The position numbers were made by a program, and so were the translations under genes. From NCBI RefSeq assembly GCF_001194135.2, contig NC_068984.1:24126325-24190324 (forward strand): a DNA stretch of 64,000 bases. Direction: 5' to 3'. This DNA is from Octopus bimaculoides (taxonomy: Eukaryota). A model generated the notes under the pieces. That model was not told the DNA's origin, made no database searches, and saw nothing but the letters and a program-made list of their open reading frames with translations. This document shows, one piece after another, positions 25,736 to 37,555 of this stretch. Each line of letters starts with the position of its first letter. Within the stretch, counting starts at the first letter, position 1.

Positions 25736-26724
25736 ACAAAAAGGAGCCTTTATGTGGTTATTTGATCTGCTAGAAATAGCAGTCAAATTTCACAAAAATC
25801 ATACCTAACCATCATGGGGTATGTAGAGCAGTGGATAATGTAACCATATATACTCCACAAAAGACAGGATGGTTATGATCAGAATGCTTTTAATTATAGG
25901 TCACTAGCTATAACGACCAATGAAGGCACATCTATATGTTTCTGCAATCTGCTAGAAACACCCATCAAATCTTCCTCAAATCATATCCTACGAAAAATGC
26001 AAGGTTATATTGGCTTGTACACTATGATTTAACAAAGAAAGGCTGGTTATGGTTGGAATGTCTTTGATCATTCTGTGACTAACTTGAAGATAACTTGAGG
26101 CTAAACAGCAACATCTACAACCTAATTTACAACTAAGCGTACTAGGTCATGTCAAATTAAGAGATTCTTTTTCCAGAGACACTATATTATGAGTATCATG
26201 ATACAGACCATTAAGCCTTAAGTTGATAAGCAGGCCTTTTATCAACACAGACAGTTATCTGTGAGTCTCTCGAGGTCAGTAATCTTCCAGTATATTAATT
26301 ATATCATCATATCAGCTCTCATGACACTGATTATCAAAATATTTCTCATTCACTATTTTCCTCCTGTCACTTCAACCTACCCTGTTGCATTAGCAAAAAA
26401 AAGTCAGGTCACAAAGCCCTATAAGCGATTATAATAAAAGTTTCAAAATGGTAATAAGAACAAACACAATAACCCTATAGGAATGCCTTTGGAATTCCTA
26501 ATCTGCACATCACACAGCCACTGACAATATAGTAACACATACTTCAAAGGAATCATTATCTTGGAATTTTAATTCTATGATATATAAGGAAGGTGTTTTC
26601 TGTTCTTCTGGAGGCTGCTATCATGGCAGTGAGAGAGGGAGGGAGGGGGAGAGAGAGTGAAAGAGAGAGATTCTGTGCTTAAAGGGAGAGAATCACTTCT
26701 AAGTTTTTTTCTCTCTAGTTTTAA

Positions 26725-26944
26725 CCCTTTAGCGATCAGGTTACTCTGTCAAATGTAATGCTTATTAAGTCACATTGCTTTGAATTAATCATGCATTATC
26801 TCATAGCTTTGCAAGTTAAATGATGTGTCAGTTTATTTTTAAAACGACATTGTAGGGTAGGTTAAAGAGACTGGATCTGGTTAGTTTGAACATAAAACAA
26901 GTAGAATATTTTGGCTGGATATGGCCAGTTTGATTGCTAAAGGG
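26725..26944 (+). mobile_element. piggyBac-like MITE (TTAA-flanked)
   Basis: TTAA|CCCTTTAGC...GCTAAAGGG|CCAA; same family at 29829-30049 and 42405-42637. Confidence 0.75.
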
Positions 26945-27647
26945 CCAACCAAGTCAGAAATTTTTTTCCCCCTCTCTTGCAGGGTGAAAAATGGCTGTGT
27001 AGGGAAAGAGTACCCATGTTTTTTGTTATGATCTTTATATTATAAACTGAATACGCTAAAACAAAATAACACTGAAAGGAACAATTTGATACTACCTCTT
27101 TATATATATATATGTAAATATACTGCATCTTTAACCCTTTCATAACCAAATTTCATATAAAATACATAACCAATATTTTAATTAATTTTGAAAATAATCA
27201 AGTATTTGGAGGGATTTAGTAAAATAAGTTTTACATTATTAAGTTAGTGTTTGGCACAAAACAAAAAGACTGTTACATAAAAATTTCTGATGCAAGGTTT
27301 TAATTTAAATATGAGATTAAAATTTTGGTTTCAGGCAGGTTGGTATCAAAAGGGAATAAAATAGAAAAGAGAATAAAATATCTTCTCTGTTTTTTGCTTT
27401 GTTTGTTTATAAATTCGTTCATCTTGATTTTGTGGTTTGATCCTTGTGTGTTCGTTATGCAGACATGCATAATCTTTAATCAGTCATGCATCTTGTATGT
27501 AATTACATTCATATCATTCATTCACTGTGCTGTTATCCCTCTGGCTTTCTGCAGCTGCTTGATATATTTATTAGATTAAGTGTGTTTCTTATAAGAAATT
27601 ATTTTATCTCTAGGAACTCTCACAAATATATACATTTATATATATAT

Positions 27648-28107
27648 CATCATCATCATCATTTAACGTCCGCTTTCCATGCTAGCATGGGTTGGACGAT
27701 TTGACTGAGGACTGGTGAAACCGGATGGCAACACCAGGCTCCAATCTAATTTGGCAGAGTTTCTACAGCTGGATGCCCTTCCTAACGCCAACCACTCAGA
27801 GAGTGTAGTGGGTGCTTTTACGTGTCACCCGCACGAGGGCCAGTCAGGTGGTACTGGCAACGGCCACGCTCAAAATGGTGTCTTTTATGTGCCACCCGCA
27901 CAAGAGCCAGTCCAGGGGCACTGGCAACGATCTCGCTCGAAAATCCTATGAAGGCCAGTCAGGCGGTACTGGCAACGGCCATGCTCAAAATGGTGCATCC
28001 CATGTGCCACCCACACAAGAGCCAGTCCAAGGGCACTGGCAACGATCTCACTTGGCTTGCCGGGTCTTCTCACGCACAGCACATTTCCAAAGGTCTCGGT
28101 CAGTAGT
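27648..28107 (-). mobile_element. 5'-truncated RTE LINE 3' end with four hairpin modules
   Basis: Close reverse complement of 12701-13140. Confidence 0.85.
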
Positions 28108-29309
28108 ATTTCCAAAGGTATATACATATATATATACAAGATGTATGAGTGCATGTATATGTTGTGTTAAACAAATTTCGGGCAGGGGTGGTGGTGTCAA
28201 GAAGTTTATTGAATTGAACAGCAAATTCTTTATCTACTAAGAATGTGGTCAGCTGTGTATATATATTGTGTTAAATGCATTTAAAGGGTGGTCAGCAATT
28301 TTATTGAAAGGGCTTGGAAGGAATAATCTTTTCTTCTTTGTGCTATGTGTGTGTGTGTTTCGTTTTTTGGGAATATTTTGTTTTGGCTTTTGGGAATTTG
28401 TTGTTTTATTGGCAGCAATAAAATGCTGTTTTTGCCGAGTGAGAATGCTCTTTGAATGTGTATGTTCTTCAGTTCATCCAGTCTTTTCATGCTGAGATGG
28501 GCCTGATACTATTGTACATATTCACTTTGCTAAGTTAAAGGGAATGTTCAATTTCATGTCTTTTGGGTGACATGATGTGAACAAAAGATACTGCTTGGGA
28601 GTCTGTGGGTTTATAGAATATGTCCATTTCTATTTTCTCAGCCTAAGCAACAACATCCAATTCACAATGGATTTTAACCCCAAGGAACTTGCCTTTCTAG
28701 ATATCTCAGTTGCAAACACAGATGGAAAAGAATTTCACTATTCAATTCAATAAAAACACACGCACACACAAAACAGCATATTCTCAAAAAACTAAGCACA
28801 CACACACACGTGCACACCACAAAGAAAACGGAAAATGATTCCTTCCAAACCCTTTCAATAAAATTGCTGACCACCCTTAAGATCCATTTAACACAATATA
28901 TACACACAACTGACCATTTTCTCAATAGAAAAGGAACTTGCCACTCAATTATAATAAAATTCTGGACCCCAATGATGCATGTATATATTTAGCACAATAT
29001 ATACATGCAGCTGGCCATTTTCTGAATAAAAAAGACATATAAAATGTTTTAACACAAAAAAATTCCTTCCACAAAACAATACATACACAAGCACAGAGCT
29101 GACCATATCCTGAACAGAAATCTGCTATTCAATTCAAACGAATTCTTTTCAATACAATAGAATTCCTGACACTTGACCCCTAGAACTCCATTCCAGTACC
29201 CTACATAGATAACATATATAATAAGAGACTCTAAGATGAAATTTCACTCATGTTCTGAACTATGCACAAAATATAACAATAAATTGTTAATTTCTAATTT
29301 TTTCTTGTG

Positions 29310-29750
29310 GAGCACTAAGAGCACCGTCCGAGCGTGATTGTTGCCAGAGCACCAGCTGTCTGGCTTCCGTGCCGGTGGCATGTAAATAACACCATTTGAA
29401 CATGATCGTTACCAACGTCGCCTCCCTGGCACGTGAAAAGACATTCGAGCGAGATCGTTGCCAGTACTGCTGGACTGGCACCTGTGCAGGTGGCACGTAA
29501 AATACACCATTTCGAGCGTGGTCGTTGCCAGTACCGCCTGACTGGCCTTCGTGCCGGTGGCATGTAAAAGTACCCACTACACTCTCGGAGTGGTTGGCAT
29601 TAGGAAGGGCATCCAGCTGTAGAAACTCTGCCAAATCAGATTGGAGCCTGGTGTAGCCATCTGGTTTCACCAGTCCTCAGTCAAATCGTCCAACCCATGC
29701 TAGCATGGAAAGCGGATGTTAAACAATGATGATGATGATGATGATGATGA
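29310..29750 (+). mobile_element. RTE-tail retroelement with (GAT)n tail
   Basis: Highly similar over its 3' ~290 bp to the reverse complement of 27648-27945; different 5' part. Confidence 0.8.
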
Positions 29751-29828
29751 TATGATGGACATACACATGAAAACTGGTAATATTTTATAAAAGTCACTCA
29801 ATGTAAGAAATATACAAAAAATCTTTAA

Positions 29829-30049
29829 CTCGTCAGCATTTAAGCCAGCCATCTCTGGCTCAAATGTTCTACCTTGTCTTATGTTCAAACCAGCCAGAAC
29901 TGGCCTTTCACACCTACCCTACAATGTCATTCTAAAAATAAACAATCACATCATTAAAATTTCGTAGATACGTAATAATGCTTGATTAATTCAAAACAAT
30001 GTGAATAAATAAGCATTACATTTGACAGAATAATCTGAATGCTAAAGGG
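29829..30049 (-). mobile_element. piggyBac-like MITE, inverted relative to the 26725 copy
   Basis: TTAA at 29825-29828 and 30050-30053; AATGCTAAAGGG end. Confidence 0.75.
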
Positions 30050-30433
30050 TTAAACATACTTTTGTGCTGTTTCCACTTTTATTTTTTAACTATACATATA
30101 TATTACGGAGATGTACTTGCATAGCAAGTGACTTGATCTGAGATTGTGTGCTGAAACAAAACGAATTGCAGCATGGAAGGTGTTTATAAGCTATTTAAAA
30201 ACACACAAAAGACTGTTAGATTCACTTCAACATTCAAATTTAATTTGTGTCAAAATATTTTCTTCGCTTTGAAACTGCAACCTGTTCACTGACAAAACTT
30301 TGTGCTAAATGAAGTTTTGTCAATGAAGAAGTCGTGGTTTCAAAGTGACAAAAAAATTTTGACACAAATCAAATTTAAATGTTGAAGTGACTCTAACTTT
30401 TTTTTTATACATATACACATACATATATATATA

Positions 30434-30466
<33 letters not shown>

Positions 30467-30849
30467 TAGTTGTTATAATGAAGTCAAACTGAATAGTGAC
30501 ATTTTGAAATCATTTAACCTGTTTTTTTCTCTAGTTTGCATAATATATAATAGGAAATACATCCAATATGTAAACCTCAACTGAAGAAGTTTTACATAAT
30601 GGATGCATTTCCAATTATATATTATGCAAACCTGAAACAAACATATTAAATGATTTCAAAATATCACGATTTGGTTTGAATTCATTATTACAACTAATAT
30701 GATGCAACACCAGTACAAACTAGCTGTTCTTGACTTCACTAATGCAGATACTCAAACAATGATTTGGAGTAGTCTGTTGTATTTGAATCAAGTTGAAAAT
30801 TCTAGTGCTATGCACCACTTCTAGTGCTATGCACCTCATGCTCTTGTTT

Positions 30850-31200
30850 GATAAGGCTGGGTCATCCCAGGTTAGCAGTCCCAGCTAACAATTATCATTG
30901 TGTGTAAAGCCAAGCAGGTCCACCAATGCCCTCCATCACTGGCGGTTCTATGCCAGGCCCTCTACATTTACCAAGATGATATCAAGCCTCTGGAAGTCTT
31001 CCTTAATTACATCTAGCCATATGGTGCAGAACCTGTTGTGGGGCCTCTTCCAGCCCACAGCTGCAGCAATGAACAAGAATGAGGTCCTGGTAGATGACCT
31101 GGCGGGAGGTGGATGACGTGCCCAAACCAGCGCATGTGACAGTTGGCTATGAGGCAGGAGGTTATGGGCTGACGCATGCGCACATGCAGCTCTTCACTGG
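30850..31200 (-). mobile_element. RTE LINE C-terminal ORF fragment
   Basis: MRWFGHVIHLPP...WAGRGP (RLRWFGHV..M...RPRGRP motif). Confidence 0.7.
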
Positions 31201-31527
31201 AGGGTGAAAAATGAATACGAAGGGAAAATATATCCATGTTTTTCCTTATGATCCTTATATTATAAACTGAATATGCTAAAACAGAATGACATTGTAAGGA
31301 ACAATTTGAAACTAAATCTTCATATAAATATATATAAATATACTACATCTTTAATCCTTTCATAACTACATTTCAAATGAAATACCAAGCCTGTTTTGTG
31401 ATAAAAGTCACTTGATTTAAGAAATATATAAAAAAATCTTTAAACGTACTTTGTTGCTGTTTCCACCTTTACTTTTTAGCTATAACCTTTGATTTGTATG
31501 GATTCTTAACCCCTTATCAACTATATA

Positions 31528-31730
31528 TCATCATCACCATCATCATCATCATAGTTTAACGTCTGCCTTCCATGCTAGCATGGGTTGGACGATTTGACAG
31601 AGGACTAGCGAACCAGATGGCTGCACCAGGCTCCAATCTGATCTGGCAGAGTTTCTACAGCTGGATGCCCTTCCTAACGCCAACCACTCCGAGAGTGTAG
31701 TGGGTGCTTTTATGTGCCACCGGCATGAAA
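31528..31730 (-). mobile_element. RTE-tail retroelement 3' end; further copies at ~13850-13990, 19795-19930, 24465-24540, 36170-36440, 48125-48260, 50030-50440 and 53240-53440
   Basis: (CAT)n-GTTTAACGTCTGCCTTCCATGCTAGCATGGGTTGGACG... Confidence 0.8.
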
Positions 31731-32229
31731 AAAGACAGTGAGAGGGAAAATAATGTTTATTTTTGTATACGTCCACTTAATTTATATTTGAAAAGTTTCC
31801 TCCTACTTTTTTGAATTGCAAAGTCTTTGATCAGGTCTTCAAAATTAATCTTAGGTAACACATCTGAAACTATACTTAGTATAGATAAAGGCATCCCAAA
31901 TATTATTTTAGCAAGTGATTTCTTTTGTGCTGTAAACCATTTACCATTTCTGTGGTGCCCCCTCCCTTCCCTTGATACCCTACTTGAAATTTTGATGGAA
32001 GGTTTTAATTTAGATCACAGATCACTTTGAAATGTGAAGTTTATATCACAGAACCAGGGTTGACCTAAGGTGGATTGGTATCAAAAGGGTCAAAATAATA
32101 ATCTTAAATTAACACTTACACATACACAAGGAAGATGAAAGTAGCATTTTTATTATGACTAACTGCACACACACGCACGCGCGCGCACACACACACAGTG
32201 TAGAAGCTGTAGATATTTATATGAGATGG

Positions 32230-33230
32230 ATGGGCAGTGTTCATAGCCTTTATGGACTCTCCAAGATTTGATGAGGCTGAAGTAATTTATGTTCAGCCTG
32301 AATACTACCTGTGTATGGTTGTAGGAAAATACAGGTACAGAGAGAGTCCCAGAGTATTGACATTCTGGAAATAAAAGGCTTGGCTAAAGTAATTGAAGCA
32401 GAGTTTTCAAGTGATGCTATGGAAGAACTTTTAGAGTAATAATAATGGTACAAGAAACTGAGAAAAGAATCAACATGTAAGAGTTGCTTTAGATGTTGTC
32501 TCAGATATTTAAGTGTGTAACAGCTGGTTCCTCCCAAATTTGTTAATGACACTTTAATGTGAAGTGTAAAATCTTCCCTAGTTTAGAGACAACAGCTGTT
32601 CAGAGATGAAGTAGTTTCTGTTACAAAGTGACATCCTAACTTTGAGATGAAGTTTTGATTATGTGATAAATACAAGGCAGCAATGAGAGGTCATTGGCCA
32701 TTGAGATGTCTAGCAAATATGAAGACATCTGTGATAGTTCTAGTTCATGTGTTGTTGAGAAAAAAAGGAGTGTATGATATTGTAAGTATATTTCCAAGTG
32801 ATGTGTAGTAACAATTTTGATTTTGTTAAAGGATATCATTGTTGTATACTCAATGGAAGATTTTTATTAAAGGATGTCATTGCTGTATACTCATTGGAAC
32901 ATATGTCTTGTGTGGAGTGTCTAGACTGTAGTTGGATGAGAGATGAGTGCCAAAATGTTATCAAGGAGTTAGATGTGATATCATCTTCATAATGTTATGC
33001 TTGTTTAGCAATACTAGTTAAGTGATGTAGAGAAGGAGGAGTATGGGGAACATAATAAACTCTGAAAAAGAACAGAGATAATAGGCTGTGTTGTTGAAGA
33101 GAGTACCATTGACATACATGCAATGAAGCAGTCTGAGAGGAAACTATCAATCCTAGATAACAAAGATAAGTTGTTAAGCTGACCTGTGATCAAAGACTTT
33201 CCAACTGTGACCATCCTTATTTTCAGGTCG
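32230..33230 (-). mobile_element. Degenerate CR1/Jockey-superfamily LINE RT 3' region
   Basis: Minus strand gives ILLLLYIT...YEDDIT (YADD-like) and SFLYHYYYSKSS remnants. Confidence 0.55.
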
Positions 33231-33768
33231 AGTGTATTTAAGGCTACTTTTTTCTATGCATCTTCCTGTTTTCTTTGTCTTTTTTTTTTTAAAGATGGTA
33301 AGGTATAATTTGAGGGAGATTTGTTGCTGTATCTAGCAGGTCAAGCAACAATGCACAGGTTCCTCTGTTGGTTTAATGAGACATAGATGGGCAAGAGCTT
33401 TCTATGTGGCACCAGAATGGGTGCTTTTTTATGTGGCACTGGCATGGGTGCTTTTTAAGTGGTGCCAGCATGGGTAACTCTTCATGTGGTGCCAGTACAG
33501 GTGCTTTTTATGTGGAATTTGTCTAAGATTACTCACCTCAGAGTTGGAAGTGGTGGGTGTCTTTTTTAAAAAAATATAGGAGTTTATTCAATGAGACAAG
33601 AAAGAAGAGGAATATATTTGTAAATCTATGCTAAAATGGCTGCAACTAAATAAAGGACATATGAGCTATGATGATAATTGACAGTATAAAGTATAATGCT
33701 TTACAATTTTAAAAATCATTAATAAAGTTTTCAGTGAAATTATATGTAAGATTTAAATTACTTGTTAC

Positions 33769-33974
33769 CTGCATGTCCACATTTCCACTGTTCTAATGAG
33801 CACTGATGTAACAGCGCCCATGGCTGCGCTTGCTCTGCCATCCTCCTCATGTTCCCGACAACAGCACTGGCTCCCATCAAGTCATATCTACCAGCTTTGC
33901 TTTCATCAGCTCCCATTCTGAGCTGACCTCCACGTTGATGCTGTCGATGGCGATCACGGGCCCACTTCTCGCGT
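33769..33974 (-). CDS. Upstream exon of the SOCS-box gene (206 nt); coding from ATG 33916 (MGADESK...) or ATG 33877 (MGASAVV...)
   Basis: Acceptor TTTATTTCTTCTTTAG| (AG at 33976-33975), donor G|GTAACA at 33768. Frame open throughout, ends in phase 1 (GCA G) and joins AA at 24342 to give ...KCGHA-E-ATGFG... GC-rich island in AT-rich surroundings. Confidence 0.75.
33877..33974 (-). CDS. Possible C-terminal end of a second, upstream ORF in another frame (xARSGPVIAIDSINVEVSSEWELMKAKLVDMT*)
   Basis: 31 open codons, 14 consecutive ones ending in G/C. Stop TGA (33879-33877) overlaps ATG (33877-33875). Upstream exons not identified. Confidence 0.4.
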
Positions 33975-36900
33975 CTAAAGAAGAAATAAACAAAAAGAAA
34001 CAAAATATAAAATTGTGAAATCATAATCATTCTTTGCTAACAGTCTTATGAACATTACATAATAATCATATCTTAATGAAGGACATTAGCAATGTGTCTA
34101 AAACAAAATAGCTGCAATCAAATGTTGGAATCAGGTGTTAGACTACTTTGATACTACATGTGTAACACAGGAAATTATTTTCTTTTCAAATCTTATTGTG
34201 TTGCCAGCCACCATTACTCCTAAATAATGACCTTCTAAGTTATATTGGTTTCAGATTTTGGCACAAGGCCAGCAGCTTCAAGGAAGAGGCCAAGTCAACC
34301 CCAGTACTCAGCTAGTACTTATTTTATTGATTCTGAAAAAATGAAAGGAAAAGTTGACCTCAGTGGCATTTGAACTCAGAACATAAGGACAGACAAAATG
34401 CTTAGCAGCATTTTACCCAGCATGTCAACAATTTTGTTGCTTTCTTAGTTATATTATTATATTCAAGTGGATAGGTAGCTGGGAATGTTAAATACAACTA
34501 GATGTTTTACAACCTTATGAAGCTGAGTTCAAATTCTGATGTGGTAAATTTTGTTTTTTATTCCTTTAAGGTTTATAAAATTAGTACTCAGATCAGTCCA
34601 ACTGATTTCATTGTAGCTACCCTTATAAAAGTGCCTGGTGATTCGTCAAAGTAGATTCTTAGAGTGACAGAGAGATACCATGAGGTGATGATAAATAATA
34701 TAAAGGATATTAGCAATTTGGAAGTTGTTGAGTCACGAGAGAGATAATTTACATTGGTAAGGCCCATGATGCAGGCTGGAAGAAGGTCCAAAAACTGGTA
34801 ATAAAAATTACATGCAGTGGATACAACAAAGATTTTAGAAAAGTTAGGTCAAAACTGAAATTATAGATGATTCAAAGTTGCAATGAATGAGAAGATTTGC
34901 AGCAGACACATCTAACCAATGCCAATACAAAAGCGAAGAACAGAAATGGATGATGATGGTGATAATGATTACAATGATGACCAGGATGATGGTGAGGGGT
35001 GGAGTAGGGATGGTCTGATGGAGGAAGCAGCGAAGGAGGTGATAATTATCTTAATCATTAACACCCATTTCCTCAATTTCCATTTCCACTATTCTCCAAA
35101 TAGTGCTCTGTTTTTCAAGCAAACAAAGGATCTTTGAGACCAATTTGCCTAACTTTGTAGCATAGCAACGAAGTCTCTTCTCAAACAATTTCCTACTGTT
35201 TATTCATCACAGCAGCTGAAAATACACTAGCAGTGAATTGGGTAGGATATCCAAAAAACATTAATTTATTTCTCTATTTCTAGTTTACAAAAAAAAAAAA
35301 AAAAAAAGCTTCCTAAGCACAATGGCCTCTGCTTAACTCTGGTTTTATGCTGTATAATAAATGAGAGATAAATCTCTCCTGGATAGAATGCTAGTCATCA
35401 ATGCCTATTTACATACCCCTGATCTGTGACAAAAATGTAGAATAAACTATTCTGTCCCCAAACAGAACAATGCAATATCAGCAACAGATTTGAACTCAGT
35501 ACCTAAGATTATGGAATCCAATGTCTTACCTACTCAACCATCTCACCACTGTTACCCCTCCTATTTAATTTTGCATGTTTCCATGGGGTTATTTCCTGTT
35601 GAAAACATACACCCATACATTTATCAAATATATTTTTCATACCCTGCAAGAAGTAAATAAGTCAAAAACATATACCAAGAGAAAATTAAATAAATATTGG
35701 GTGGTAGACTTAACCTTAACCCCTCATCCAGTTTAACACCACCACCCACCTAGCTCCACGAGTGTCTTTAGATAAGTCTACCCTTTACAAGTATTTAACT
35801 CAGGTCCTTGATTTAAGGATTCCTTCTGCCCTCCCTCCCACTAGTTTTAAAGATCCAATTAAGGATCATAGGCCTTGCCTTTAAATAGATTTTTTTAAAT
35901 GTTCTTGTTGAATTTTGTCATTTGATAGCAACCAATAGGTTTATAGCTGAATAATGTAAAAGTCAACATAGAGGAAATATTCAGTCGCTGTTTACACCCA
36001 AGCTAGTTCTGATTGAGCAGAACTGAAGACATTCCAGCAATGACCATCTTGTCATTTTTTATCAAAGGCTCTCTTCATTATTTTCCTTTTTGAGTGTTGT
36101 GGGGAGGAGAAGTGCTCTTGTGAATTACAAAGGGGAACGCATTAGACCTGGTGTTAAAAAGAAAAAGCATCCTGTCTACTCTGCCAAGTGGCTGGTGAAC
36201 AGGACTTTTCAACCTTGCCAAAAGGAAACCAACTAGTCTGGTGCTGGTGCCACTAAAGAACACCACCAAGTACATTGTGAAGAGGTCGGCATTAGGAAGA
36301 GTTATTACGGCCATAGAAACCATAGCAAAACTCCGACATTAGAGCGAGACACAATCCTCTAACCTGTTGAATCCTGTTCAATTGTCTAATCCATGCTAAC
36401 AGGAAAAGAAAACATGAAATGACAATGATGATGACAATGACTACATTGTCTAATGTGTTCTTTTTTTTTTTAACAGCTGAATGAGATTTGCAGTGATTGG
36501 TGGTGCTAATTCTTATCATTGAACTCATCTATATACTTGTAACAAAGGTGGGATGACCACAGCTAGAGAAACAATCAGATGATTTTCTTTTTGCTTTTTT
36601 GTTTCCATATGCTACTTCTTTACCATTGACTTATTTGTGCAAAGCCGACTGACAAGATGATGAAATAATAACCACAACACCCTCTCAAACGTTACCTCAC
36701 TGCCCTCTGTCTCTCTTCTAACATTACTAAAACACAAACTCACTCTGCTGTACTTTTCAAAATAATTAAAATAATATTAGTCATTAAACTAATGTTATCT
36801 TTTCTTCACTAAATAAATATTTTTAATTAGATATTTTATGCATACTTCATTAAGTATGTCAACATTAACTTAATCAAAATAGTTTCTGTTCTGCTAAATG

Positions 36901-37176
36901 TTTAAATTTAATGCTGCCACTCCTTCTTAGACCTTTTCTTCACTTATCTTCTCTTTTTTCATCATCTCTCAGAGTTGCATCCGCATGGATTCCTAAACTC
37001 TTCATCTAGTAACCTGTAGCTACTCAAAACTTAACATCAGATATCCATTCCCTTGTCTGTTCTCAATATAGGAAGATCTAAAAAATACCAGTATATATTT
37101 TCTGAGATGCAGTTGTTGCTATTTAACTTCAGGTTTGCCATTATAAAGTAGATCTATGAGCAAAGATTTTCCAGCT

Positions 37177-37555
37177 GTGCCCATGGCTGTGTGGTAAGTA
37201 GATTGCTTACCAACCACATGGTCCTGGGTTCTCATCCCATTGTGCAGCACCTTGGGCAAGTGTCTTCTACTATAGTCTTGGGCTGACCAAAACCTTGTAA
37301 GTGGATCTGGTAGACAGAAACTAAAAGAAGCCTGACACACATATATATATATATATATCTGTGTATATATTTGTGTCTGTGTTTGTCCCCCCCCCCACTA
37401 TCGCTTGACAACCGATGTTGGTGTGTTTACATCCCCCATAACTTAGCAGTTCAACAAAAGAAACCGATAGAATAAGTACTAAGCTTACAAAGAATAAGTC
37501 CTGGGGTTGATTTGTTTGACTAAAGGTGGTACTCAAATGACTGAAGCAAATAAAA
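37177..37555 (+). mobile_element. SINE family A; another older copy at ~37990-38420
   Basis: Same head, core and tail as 25368. Confidence 0.85.

Noticed and set aside
27836-28045. Regularly spaced palindromic units resembling a CRISPR array
   Set aside because: Eukaryotic retroelement UTR; the spacers are themselves repeated and there are no cas genes
33531-33562. Strong minus-strand donor GAG|GTGAGT that could define a 24-nt poison microexon (DTHHFQL*)
   Set aside because: The acceptor would be purine-rich (TTTAAAAAAG) and there is no other support; needs RNA-seq
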